DNA of 64,000 nt from Basidiobolus meristosporus CBS 931.73 (taxonomy: Eukaryota; Fungi; Basidiobolomycota). How positions within the stretch are numbered: position 1 is the first letter of the stretch; every line of letters starts with the position of its first letter. The stretch lies in the NCBI GenBank assembly GCA_002104905.1, contig MCFE01000342.1, positions 1 through 64,000 on the forward strand. The letters run 5' to 3'. The notes below the pieces were generated by a model, which saw only the letters and a program-made list of their open reading frames with translations, was not told where the DNA came from and did no database searches. Both the position numbers and the translations under genes were made by a program. Shown piece by piece: positions 9,573 to 22,313 of this stretch.

Positions 9573-12500
9573 ATGAGTAACAACATCAAGGTGGTGGTGC
9601 GCTGTCGTCCTCTTAATGCTAGAGGTGCCTTTCCCAACTACCACATTACCTCGTCCCCGATACAGCCACTAATGCATTTATCCCAATAGAGAAAACCAGG
9701 GGGGCGACTTGTCTCATTCAAATGAAGGACAATCAAACCATCATTACCAAGCCTGACGACCAAACCACCAAGTCCTTCGCTTTTGACAAATCCTATTGGT
9801 CAGCCAACAAGGAAGACGACAATTACGCTTCACAAAGGGTACTGTACAACGATCTGGGTGAAGAGCTACTAAACCATGCTTTCGAAGGATACAACACGTG
9901 TATTTTCGCATGTAAGTCCTCCCTCGACGTTTTCCCCATGGCAAGAGTCCGCCCAAGCGAGCCATAGCTTAATGAAACACGTATTGACTCAGCGTCCCTT
10001 TTCCATTCCTCTAGATGGCCAAACGGGCTCCGGAAAATCATATTCCATGGTTTGTTGCCAGCTTTGATTTGTTTGAGGTGCGGGGCAGCGACTAAGTTAA
10101 CCTTGTAGATGGGCTATGGTGAGGACAAAGGCATTATCCCACTGACTTGCAACGAGCTGTTCAACCGGATCAATGCCAACAACGAACCTAACCTGAAGAT
10201 CAACGTGCAGGTCTCCTACATGGAGATTTACTGCGAGAGAGTCCGGGATCTGTTGAATCCCAAGGCCAAAGGAAACATGAAGGTCCGCGAGCATCCTAGC
10301 ATGGGGCCTTATGTCGAGGACCTATCCAAGCTGATGGTCACCTCCTTTGCAGATATCGAGGCTCTGATGGACGCTGGTAACAAGGTCACCCATAGCTCCA
10401 AGTAGAATCACCCCCACAGCATGTCGTTTAATCTTTTGACAACGCAACAGTCTCGTACAGTGGCCGCAACCAACATGAACGAAACGTCCAGCCGGTCCCA
10501 CGCGGTGTTCACGCTGATCCTCACTCAGGTCAGGAGCGACGCGGAGACCAAAATGTCGACGGAAAAAGTCTCCAAAATCAGGTAAGCCAGCCCCAGTTGC
10601 TTACCACCCTTGTAGCCAAGCTTCTAAGCTCGTGTTGCTGGCATGGCTAGTCTGGTAGATCTTGCTGGTAGCGAGCGAGCCGACTCCACCGGGGCCACGG
10701 GAACCCGGCTGAAAGAAGGGGCCAACATCAATAAATCGCTCACCACCCTCGGCAAAGTAATCTCAGCGTTGGCTGAACAATCCACCAAGCGCGGCAAAAA
10801 GAAGGACGAGTTTGTGCCGTACAGAGATTCGGTAATTACTGCCTAGCCCATAGCAACCACACACCTGTCCATTCTAACCTGCCGGGAGTAGATATTGACA
10901 TGGCTGCTCAAAGACTCCCTTGGTGGGAACTCAAAGACTGCCATGATCGCAGCCATCTCCCCCGCCGATTACGACGAAACCCTGAGTACTCTACGCTATG
11001 CCGACCGGGCCAAGAAGATCCAGAACAAGGCGGTCGTCAACGAAGACCCCAACGCCCGAATGATCCGCGAATTAAAGGAAGAGCTCCAGCAGCTCCGCAC
11101 CAAGCTGTCCTCGTACGATCCTAACGAGTCCGGGGCCCCCTCTAGCCCCGCACTCAAGATCCGCGACCAATTGCAGGCTTCCGAGAAGCTTATGGCTGAG
11201 CTTAACGAGTCGTGGGAGGACAAGCTGAAGAAGACCCAGTCGATCCAGGAGGAGAGAGAGAGGACACTGGAGGAGCTCGGCATAGCGATCGAGAAAAACC
11301 AGGTTGGCTTGTATTCCCCCAAGCGAGTGCCACATCTGGTCAACCTGAACGAGGATCCGCTGATGTCAGAGTGTCTCGTGTACAATCTCAAGCCCGGTGT
11401 TACCCGAGTCGGTAAGCTGGACTCAGACCAGCCGGCGGATATACGACTGAGTGGGTCTGGCATCTTGGATCAGCACTGCGAGTTCAACAACAACAAAGGG
11501 GTGGTCACGCTGACCGCCACCGAGGGGAGCACAACCATGGTGAACGGACGAAGGGTGACAAGTCCCAAGCGATTGAAGTCCGGCTTCCGGATCATTCTGG
11601 GGGGCAATCACGTGTTTCGATTCAACAATCCCGAGGAGGTCCGGAAGGAGCGCGATCTACAGAAGTGCGCCCTGAACAACGCCATTTCCCCTGACGAAGA
11701 GTATCGTCCGGAGTCACCCACCTCCTCCGTTTCCATGGCATCGGAGGTGATTGACTGGAGCTATGCGTGGAAGGAGGTGGCAGGGTACACGCAAAACAGC
11801 ACCATGACGCCGGTGCCTCTGTCGCTGGGTGAAGTCAGCCCCGAAGAGCTCGCTACCATCACCAGTCCTGGGCCAGCCCGGATGGAGTTCGAGGTGAAGC
11901 TTCACCTAGCCCGAAGCGAGATGCAGCAACAGCTGGAGAACCAAAAGAGAGGCTACGAGGAGAAGCTGCAGAAGCTGGCGTCTTCGTCCTCAGGCGAGGC
12001 GGTGTTGCAGAAGGAGACCCTGGAGGAGAAGCTCAGGGAGACTCAGGAGAAGATGGAGAAGATGCTGACCACGCAAAAGGAGGAGTACGAAAGGAAGATC
12101 AAGCGGCTGTCCTCCACTGCAGCCATCACCAACCTATTCAAACCCCCAATCATCTACACGGAGCGAGAGAAGCAGCTGATCCACTGGGTGCTGGGCAAAA
12201 TGCGGGCGCGAAGAACGGTCAACATGGCGGAGACGATCCTCTCGAACGCAGTGTTTCTTAAAGAGGCCAACGTCATAAGCAGGGAGCTCGACAAGCATGT
12301 GATCTATCAGTTCACCGTGGTGGAGGATTATCCGTTCATTCAGCCCATTTCATTCTGGGAAAGCATGTCTGCCTTGAACCAGTACAGCAATCAGGAGGAC
12401 GCGGATCTGTTCGCCTCGAAGAAGCCGTGCATCGGGGTCAAGGTCGTTGACATGAAGCATGAGGTGATCTACACTTGGTCCGTAGAGAAGCTCAAGGCCC

Positions 12501-14866
12501 GTCTACAGCGCATGCGACAACTCTATAACTACATCGATCAACCAACCTACCGCAAGCACTTCAACTTCGAGGAGCCCTTCTACGAAAATCCCCCCACCGG
12601 GTTTACCTTTATCGGCAGCGCTGCGGTCCACATGAAAAACCTTCTTTGGCGCATTCCGCAGCAGCATCACATATCCGTGCTGTGCCGCTCCACTGGACGC
12701 ACGTTGGGATCCTGTCGGGTGGCACTAACCCCGAAGCCCACCAGAGACTCTGGCTATTCCAGCACAATGTACAGCAGTGGAAGCCTGACGGGCAACCAGA
12801 GCATCGACGCCACTGAGGCACCAGGCGGGAGCCAACGGGTGAGGATTGGGGATCAGATTCTCTTCGAGGTGACCATCATCGAGGTCTCTGGACTATCCGA
12901 GGAGGAGTTCACCCAGGTCCACTGTCAGTTTAGACTCGCTAGCTTTGGTGGCGTGGAGTGGCTCTCTGAAAACGACAAGATCTTCGCGACCGATCCGGTG
13001 AGTGACTTCGAAGACTCGCCCATCTACTTTGGCTATCACCAAACCATCGGCCTGACCGTGACGGAGAAGGTCCAAGACCAGCTGAACAACCAGCTCCTCG
13101 TTTTCGAGGTGTTTGGCCGCGCGAAGGTGAAGGTTCTTTCGAGCATAGAGCAGTGGGATGTTCAGCGTGAAGAGGCTAAGCAGTCGAGTGCCGACTCTTC
13201 GGGGGGCCCTACTCCGGATCAGTCAAAGCCGTTGGAGAGAAGGTCTGACGAGGAGCTGTTTGCTGAAGAACTCCACGATGTCCTGAGCTGGGTCCAGGTG
13301 TGTGAGTTGGGCTCTACTGGGGACTATGCGCCAGTGCCAGTTCAGACGGAGAACTCCAAGGACTCTGGGGTGTTTCTATTGAAGCAAGGGATCCAGCGGC
13401 GAATTATGCTGACGCTTGCTCACAACAGTGGCCATCTATTCGAATGGACCAAGGTGAAGCGAATGTCAGTTGGCCAAGTAAGGCTTCTCGAGAATCGGGC
13501 TCGCATTGTAGAGTCGAACGCTCGGAAGGATATTGAGCTGAGCTTGGTCCCATCGCAAACCGTGGTGTTCAAGCAAGATGGAACCAGCAATATCATCGTG
13601 CAGGCGTCGTGGGATAGCTCGCTCCACGACTCAATCTTTCTCAATCGAACCACAGCATCGAACCATCGAGTGCTTCTGACTCTGAATTGGGAAGTGGAGG
13701 CGCTAAGAGTGAGTGAGCCCATCTGCTTTAGCATGGATATCGCGGTTCAAATTCAGGGACGCGAGTCACGCACCTTAACGAAAGGCCTGATGGGCTTCCT
13801 TAGTTCAAGCAAACAGCTCGGAAAGGTCAGCGGGATTTTCCAAGTGACCCTCAAGCCTCCAATGACCAGGAAGCATACCGAGTTGTGGCGTATGAATACG
13901 GCCTCCACGTACGTTCGAGGGGAGGAGTTCTTGGGGAGCTGGAAGCCTCGCGGGGTATCCATGGTGTCCGAATACAGAGCGACAAGCGAGCGAATTCGAA
14001 AAATCGAACTCTCGGAAGCTACTCGTCAGCACCTTCAGCTGTTGGAGAAATGGGACAGTAAGAGCACCTACTCCACTGACATCTCTTCGGAGGAGCTTTG
14101 CAGAAAAGTGATCGATCTATGGATGCGACCCACACGAAATCCTGACGAGGTAGGGCGGCTCCCTTTCTCATTGCCTACCGGATAAACTAACCATTGCTCC
14201 ACCCCCTTCCAGATCGTAATCGATCCCAATCCGCCTGTACCCGAGGATTTGGATATCGGCGAGATGGCCGAATCACCAGAAGGAGAGGACGAAACGAAGC
14301 AGCAACTCGTCATTCCTTCAACCTCGATCAAAGATCAAGTGAAGTTGACAGCCCATGTGCGACTGGTTAACAAGTGGTATGTTAGCCAAGCCTCTTTTAC
14401 GTGACAGGTAGTCAGCATTGACCTGCTTCCATTAGCGATACGATAGCGAAGAAAGGTTATCTGTTCTATCCCGAGAACTCCCAGGACACCTGGCTAAAGA
14501 AGTGGTTTGTCATTCGCCGGTAACCGATCCTCAGCTACACCCCGGTAGACGGACCAGGCTAACCGAGTTTCATCGATCTAGACCTTACATGTTCATGTAC
14601 AGCAGCAACTCTGAGAATGACGAACAAGCAGTAATCAACCTGACCGCCGTTCGTGTCGACTACAAGAAGGACCTTGAAAACATGCTACAGGTGAGCAGTG
14701 CTCTTTATCGTTCCGACCCTGGCGCATCACTCACCATCTTCCTTAGCGCAAGCATGTCTTTGCTATCTACACCGCTCATAATTCATACCTGCTCCAAGCC
14801 TCCTCGCAGGCTGAAATGGACGATTGGATAGGTCAGATTGATCAATGGTATCATGCGCTGACCTGA
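9573..14866 (+). CDS. unc-104: Kinesin-3 (Unc-104/KIF1-like), multi-exon: motor, FHA, stalk, C-terminal PH domain
   Basis: [25 protein letters not shown]-loop, [42 protein letters not shown] exons [17 protein letters not shown] ending WYHALT*; canonical GT-AG introns. Confidence 0.95.
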
Positions 14867-15029
14867 TCGTCTAGCCTTATCCCCATGTATTCCTCCATAA
14901 CCCTCATTCCCACACCCACAACCCTACCCCTACCAACTCAACTAATTAGAGTCAAGTGGCCAGGTGCAAATGCCGGATACTCGACGAGCCAATTTTCTAA
15001 TAAATCTCTGGTACTTTATTGATGACTGC

Positions 15030-17967
15030 TTATACGGCCATCTTGGCGATTCGGGATTCCAGGGCCTCGATTTTCCCACAGGTGTCGGTGATGAGCTTGG
15101 TCCTACGGATGAGATGGCGTGAGGGATTGTTACCAACAGTGAACATACGTCGCATACTAACTCTTGCGCAAGCGCGTGGTGGACCTTGCTGAGTTGCGCC
15201 TCGCTCAGGTGCTTGGGCGCGGCTGCGGGGCGGTATGGGTTTGGTTTGGACGTCTTGGCCTCCAACTCCTGCTTGAGTTGGTTCAGCTGTGTGGTGATCT
15301 GGGCGGGAACAAATGTGAGTAACGCTGTGGGCGAATATTCACCAGCTGTGTTGGGCTACCTTGTGCATTCTGCTCTGGTAGCCAGAAGGTCCGCGCAATT
15401 TGTGTTCGATCGTCTTGAGCTCCTTGAAGTATTTCGTCTCGTACTCGCTCAACGTGGGCTCGTGCTGGTCGATCAAGGTCTGCAGCAGGCTGTCCATCCG
15501 CAGCGTGAGCTTCTTCTGGTTCTCTCTTAGTTTATCCACCTTCTGGCCCACCTCCGTCTCCTTTTCCCTCAGGTCCCCGTGGACGATCTTCGACACTTCC
15601 GAGAGCTTGGTCAGCTGCCGGTGGAACTCCTTGATCTGTAGGTTGATCCTAGGAAAGGGATGAGTCGATTGTTCAGCGTGGCGCAAGTCTATCTGTCTAT
15701 GGCCTACCTTTGACAGATGGAGTTGTGTGCATTCACCACCACGTGGGCATCGTCTCTTAGCCTCTCCACCATCTGTCCCAAAAATCTCAGGCTTTCCTCG
15801 TCCATCTTGAGCTGCTTCCCCTTGTGGTTGGGGGGCAGCACAATGCGTGGCTGGCGAGTGAGTCCCTGGAAATTACCCAATGCCTCCGGTGGCGTGTACG
15901 TGGGGAGGGGGAGGAGTGGGATGTATGATGTCTCCGAGGATTCCTCGCTTTCTTTCAGGTGAGATGAGGCTGTCGGGATCTGTACTCGGAGGGCCAATTC
16001 CATTCCAACGAATTGGAAGGATGACGTCATGATCAGCAGCGAATAGGTCAGATAGACGTCACTAACAACTGCCAAACCGACGATAGGTGCGGGTTGACTG
16101 AACGAATGCTGGTGAGCAATTGGGCTTCACCGGGGCCGGGGGGATGCACTTACCTTGATTTCAGCGGACGAGTATTGACAATCCAGTAGACTTCGGATGG
16201 GATGTTCTTCTTCAGGAAGTGGGAAAGGTCGTCAGTTTGGCTTGCTTTTTGGAGCTCCTCTTGCCAGGCTTTGGTAACGATGCTATGGGCCCCGGCTTCG
16301 TGGAAGCAATAGAAGGTGTCCGGATAAACCGGGTCCAATACCAGCGATGGGTGGTTCTGGATAGACATGCTGCTTTGCTCACTGGGGTCCTTCTCGCCAA
16401 ATGTGTCAATCAGCCCCAAGTTGATGGATTCGTATACCGCAAGCACGGGCAGCTCTTCGTCTTCTATCAGCTAGACAATCTGATTCAGTACTTGGATACA
16501 TGGGAATGTCCATGACCACACTTACGTCTTGCCCCACATCCCACTGAGCAGTGACTGGCTCTACTTCTAAACATATATCGATCTTGCCATCGCCAAAAGC
16601 AATGGCCAAGATTCCAACGGGATCCGCATCGACGTACAACAGGTCCGACGCTTCGATGTCGTCGTCGGAGATTTCGACCGGTGCCGGTTGCAGCAAATAA
16701 GGCCCTTGGACGAGAGGCTGTGCGCGCACGGATTTCGGCTTAATGATATGTACAAGTTCCTCTTCTGACTCTTGCCCCTCCGCGCCAAACGCCAGGATGT
16801 CGGTGTTTAGCAATCTTGCGTTGTCGACGACCTCGTTGATCCAGTAACTCTGCAGTGATTCCTGGGTGATCTCTATGTCATCGGTGAAAACGCTTCGATT
16901 CAAGAACTGGGGGATTTGTTGGCTTTGGACCAATGCCGATAGATTCGACAGAAGTCCCTTGGAGCAAACGCTAAACCGCTTCGTGAGTCGCTTTCTCCAC
17001 TGGAACCTTGACAAGCAGTTGAGACACTTACCTAGCTTTGGGCATCAGTGGACACAACGAGTAAACATCCCCATTTCTCATCAGAACGTAGGCAGTAAAT
17101 GGTCCCCAATCCTTCTTCGCCGATCCGAAGCAAAAGGAGACTGCCTCTTTGCCATCGCTCTCTGCGCTGTATGTGTTTCTTCCTGAGAATCCGGAAGCAA
17201 GATCATTTCGGGCAAAGTCGAAGCTCTGCTCAGGCTCCTCAATGTCGCTAGCAATGTCGTACATCCTGATGTTGACGAGAAGAAAGGGGTAAACGGCTGG
17301 CCTCTTCTTGGGACGAATCCAGGGTGGGCTTACCTTAGGATTCCGTCTTTGGTTAGTATCACGAGTTCCGAGCTTCCCTCGCTTAGTGGATGCCACAAAG
17401 CCTTCACTATGGGTGAGGAGGTTGTGTCTCGGTGGTAGTAGCTACCAATGCTCATCAATCTGTGGAATAGGTTAGCACCTCCAACTCCACCTCCATTCGC
17501 ATCCAGCAAACCAGTACCTGCAAGGGATTCTCTGACTCTTCATCCGGTAATATCCAGGTCTTGGTAAAGTCAAGACCATCACGTTATGTGAGCCGACCAC
17601 AGCCATCAGCTTGCCGTTGCCGTTGATAACGAGCTTCTGGATAGGGAAGGGAATGGCCTCCACGTCAAGGATCTAGGTCTATCGGGTCAGCCGTGTTCTC
17701 GATTAGGGGAATAGGTCGGGAGGCACCTACTTTGTACGAAGGTTCCACTAGCTTCGAACCTTTCGTTTGACTCGTCAGTTTTAGGAAATAATCTTTGCAT
17801 TCTTTGAGATTCAGCACACGAATGGTGTTGTCCACTGCTACGAATAGGTCGCTCTCTCTAACTACAATGCGTGCTTGGCTCGTTCGCCCCGAAACCTTTT
17901 CCTGTAACCTAGTTGAAAGTGGGTATGGCGAGTTATTATCCGCTGAGAGTAACCGCGTGACATCCAT
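15030..17967 (-). CDS. NUP82: Nucleoporin Nup82/Nup88 family, multi-exon
   Basis: Beta-propeller segments (LVINGNGKLMAVVG, SFCFGSAKKDWGPFTAYVLMRNGDVYSLCP, QGPYLLQPAP) followed by a C-terminal coiled coil; spliced end ...ESRIAKMAV*. Confidence 0.85.
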
Positions 17968-18306
17968 AAATAGCCCTCACTTTTTTTGCTCCTTCTCCCA
18001 TACCTTCAGCTCTTGATTGTTCAGGGAGAATATTGGATGATCACCGAGCGAGGTCAACCAATCCTCAGGTGCGTGTGTTTTGGCTTGGTGGGGGAAGGGA
18101 GGAAGCAAGGTTCGTTAGCACAGTGCGGGCGAGAAGTGATCCTAGATCTCTGTCGAAAGGGAGACTTACACATGACTTCACTGGTGCAACAAGTTGGTTC
18201 AACAGTATAGTAGGCACACAACAGTACCTTGGCTATGTTTATTTCGACTGGTATTTTGATATGTATCTCCACCCATTCCGCATATCTCCAAACCATCCTG
18301 TCTTAT

Positions 18307-18316
18307 GTCACGTGAC
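18307..18316. promoter_or_regulatory. Palindromic E-box GTCACGTGAC (Cbf1-type) in the NUP82/MRPL1 divergent promoter
   Basis: Perfect 10-bp palindrome matching the RTCACGTG consensus. Confidence 0.45.
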
Positions 18317-18546
18317 AAACCGGAAAAAATCATGGGCAATAAGGAAGTAGCGGAGGGAAAATACGGGGAAAGGGGACGGAATCCGAGGATTTCGGGCGCA
18401 TGGCCAGAAATCTTTTTCAATTTTTTCCCTGGACTCCAGATTTACCTGTGAGACTGACAAAAAGTTTTTTCCTCCAGCGCATAGTGGTGTGAGATATTTG
18501 GTGAAGTCCAACCAGCCCCGTTGAAACTGGTATTCTCGTGTCCAAC

Positions 18547-19656
18547 ATGTTAGGAAGAACTCTGCTCAGTCGTGCCGCCCTCCCCGCCCTTCAGTTACCC
18601 GCGCTTGCCCCGAGGGCAGTCGCTGCTCCAGTATTCGCTCAGGTATTTGAGTTGGTTGTTGGTCCAGTGGAAGGCTTCGTGAATCCTTTGCTGACTTTTC
18701 CCCTCTTCCTGTCCCCGAACCCAAGGTTTCCACCCGTGAGTATCATATCAAGAAGAAGAAGAACAAGAAGGCCGGCGAAAACCCCAACGCCCTTCCCCTC
18801 GCAAAGGCCATTCCCATAATTAAGGTAGCGTTTCCAACGAAGTGGGGTTGTTGTCATGGAGGCTAAACCTCCCCACGTATCTAGGCCTTCGCAGTAGGCA
18901 AGCCAAACCACTCCCTGGAATTGCATGTGAAGTGCCTTAAAGACAAGACCATTTCTCACATCAAGGGTTCCCTCCAACTCCCCAAGGGTTTGAGAAAGGA
19001 AACCGTCATCCTTGTGTTTGCCGAAGTAAGTTCACCACGAACCCCGGACTGAATCCCCGTCTAACCAAATCCCCCACTTTCCAAGGGTAAGGCTGCTCAA
19101 GAAGCCATCGCTGCCGGAGCTCAAATCGTCGGTGGCGCCGAGCTGATCCCCCAGGTAAGCGTGGAATGCGTGACAGACGACAGGAGAGCCGCAGCTAACC
19201 CGCCCGGCCATCCATCTAGATCCAAGAAGGAAAACTGCAATTCGACAAATGTATCTCCACCCCCGCCCTGTTCCCACAGGTCACCAAGATCGCTCGTATC
19301 CTTGGTCCGAAGGGTTTAATGCCTACCGTGAAGAAGGGCACGGTCACCGACGAGGTTGGCAACGCCATCAGGGGATCCAAGGATGTCTTTGACTTCATGG
19401 CCGACAGCCGTGGTGTGATTCACACCGCCATCGGTAGAGTAAGTAGCGAATGAAGAGATGCTGATGCCCTCACTGCGCACCATTCTAACCAGCCCCCTTT
19501 CTCCAGGTCGGATGGTCAGACGACGAGGTCGAGAGCAACATCCGCGCGTTCATGAAAGAAGTTCGCCAAGTGGGCAAGACCGTCAAGAAAGGGTTCATCC
19601 AAAGAGTGCACGTATGCTCCAGCGTCGGGCCCGGCGTGCTCTTGTCGGACGTCTAA
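18547..19656 (+). CDS. MRPL1: Mitochondrial ribosomal protein uL1m, multi-exon
   Basis: Presequence-like N-terminus; AAQEAIAAGAQIVGGAELI, FDKCISTP, ARILGPKGLMPTVKKGTV, GVIHTAIGR. Confidence 0.92.
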
Positions 19657-19856
19657 TCCCGCATCTTCATAATCATCTCTTATTGCATCATCAACACAAC
19701 CATTGATTGCCACTGATTGTTAGAATTCCTTCTCTTTATCTCCTCTTAAATAAATCAAGTTGTTACCCAAATCAATCCCGACCCTCAAAAATTCTATCCC
19801 TCATTTCCCACCCTATAAGTGGTGACGGGTCTCACTGTTGCGAGCTGCACTTTAGA

Positions 19857-21267
19857 ATGCTGAACTTGGAGGAATGCATCGAGCGGCTGTTCAAACGTCA
19901 GCTGCTGGCAGAGCCCGTGGTCAAAGAGTTGTGTGAAAAGACCAAGGAGCTGCTGTTACAAGAAAGTAACGTGGTCCACATCAAAACCCCAGTGACCGTG
20001 GTGGGGGACATTCACGGGTAAGACTCGCTTCCTACTGTGTTCCAGTGCTTCGTCCTCTTTTCGTAGCTGCGAGCCTCCACGCCATCCAACTTCTAAGATC
20101 CCCCACTTACCCAGCCTCTTCTCCCTCCCCATGCAACAGACAGTTTGACGACCTGCTGGAGATCTTCCGAATCGGAGGCTACTGCCCAGACACTAACTAC
20201 CTCTTTCTTGGTAAACCGCCCCTCTTTACGCCTGCTTTATGTGCTTGTTTTGACCGCTGACTTCAGGAGACTACGTCGATCGTGGGTATTACAGCGTCGA
20301 GACCATCTCCCTCTTGACCTGCCTAAAATTGCGCTATCCAAGTCGAGTCCATCTGATTCGAGGCAACCACGAATCAAGAGCCGTCACCCAGGTACACCCG
20401 TGAAGAGATTGGGCGTTCGCTGGTCACCCCTACTAACGTTGAGCTGCAACCCACCCGAAACCAGACCTACGGTTTCTATTCCGAATGTGTACGAAAATAC
20501 GGGACCGTGTCGGTCTGGCAGCACTTCACGGATATGTTCGATTTCCTCACTCTGTCCGTGGTGATAGACAACAGCATCTTTTGTGTCCACGGAGGTAATC
20601 TTGGTACCCAGTAAGGTGGGCGGAACGAACGTACTCACTCCCCACCCCTCCTCACCGTAGGCCTCTCCCCATCCATCCACACCATCGACCAGATCAAGGT
20701 GATCGACAGATACCGCGGTAGGTGGCACTGTTCAGACCCAATTCCATCGATTCCCTTTCTTACCGTCTCGTGGAAGAAATCCCGCATGAAGGCCCTATGG
20801 CTGACCTGATGTGGTCCGATCCGGACGCCGACAAGGAGGATTTCTCGCTGTCCCCTCGGTAGGTCACGAGAACCCCGTTTCTCTGATAGCGTGATTAACG
20901 GTATGTTCCTAGTGGAGCTGGGTACACCTTTGGTGCGGACGTAGTCAAGCGGTTCCTCCACCTGAACGACATGACACATATACTGCGCGCACATCAGTTG
21001 TGTATGGAGGGATACCAAGTAGGTTCAGTCGCTGCCTCGCGAAACAGCCAAGCCACTAACCTGTCACACCGCTAGGTGCTTTACGACGATCGATTATCCA
21101 CCGTGTGGTCGGCCCCTAATTATTGCTATAGATGCGGCAACATGGCCAGCATCCTGGAGGTTGGGTGCAACCTTGAGCGGTACTTCAACATCTTTGCCGC
21201 CGCGCCAGACAACGAATGGCCCAAGCATTATCAGGAGAAACCAAACACCACTGATTATTTCCTTTGA
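19857..21267 (+). CDS. PPG1: PP2A-related Ser/Thr phosphatase catalytic subunit, PPG1 type, multi-exon
   Basis: [49 protein letters not shown]-terminal DYFL. Confidence 0.9.
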
Positions 21268-22122
21268 TGCATCACTCTCCATTCACCGAAACCATGCCTG
21301 CACCTTCTACACCGTAATCAATCGGCTCCCACTTCCCCACAATGTCCAACGTTCGAAATCCATTGGAGTGCTTCGTGAGCGCACCAGCAAACTCCTACAT
21401 ATCGTCCTCCCTTCCCAGTTTCATGAACAAAGATTATGCAACCTGTCGCCACCCATTTTTAGAATAGGCTGAAACACCCTCGCTTACTCATAGTGATGAT
21501 TCTGTCCCTACCGAGTTTTCCCACATCTTCGCCTTTATTAGGCTTTGGTCAAGAGAATTGTTGCGAGTCAACGTTCCGACGATACAACACCACATCCAAA
21601 TCGGGAGCAGCCCCTTAATTCTATCCCAGCCCCAACCTCACTCTGACCCTGACCCTCGTCCGGGACCCTCTAGTAGATTCGGTTCGATCTGGGTCAGACC
21701 CAACCCCATCACTGGCATGCACCCTACTCTCCCACGTATTTACATCTGGTGTGTGCGCGAGCTTGAAGTTGATGACCTACATGGCGGGTCCAAGTTCATT
21801 TTATAAATCCAGTTTTACTTGAATGAGTGATTCCAGGTTCAACCCACTTGAGTTATCCGGGTGTGTGTACATAACAGGTTAGAGTGAGGCATGTGATCCG
21901 AGACACCCATCCAATCACGGTGATAGAGACGCCACAAGTGGATCCCGTTTGGAAACACAGCCAACGGGAAAGCCACTTAAAGTGGAACAGATGTCCACCC
22001 TTTAGAGAGAGATAGGTAAATGAGAATCAAGCGTAGGACTCGATACACTTGGGAGGAATCCGTACGCGAATCAGCTGAATGCTTGAAACACAATGATCAG
22101 ACAACCAAGGAGATGAACCGTT

Positions 22123-22130
22123 CCACGTGG
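22123..22130. promoter_or_regulatory. E-box CCACGTGG upstream of the bHLH gene
   Basis: Palindrome ~185 bp 5' of the predicted ATG at 22314. Confidence 0.3.
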
Positions 22131-22313
22131 TGAGCCCGTGCAGTAATCGAGCGCCCATAAATATTCACGGCACCACCGCTGATTTGGACCTTGCTTTATC
22201 ACCCGCAGGAATTCATGCGGATTTGTTACGACCAAAACCCATTCAACCTCACTCCCCACATCCCACCGCTTAGTCTTCCACCACACGCCCCGTTAGTCGA
22301 TATCCACTTCTTC

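Noticed and set aside
21670-21845. tRNA-like GGTTCGA/GGTTCAA motifs
   Set aside because: No cloverleaf, acceptor stem or A-box could be built around them.
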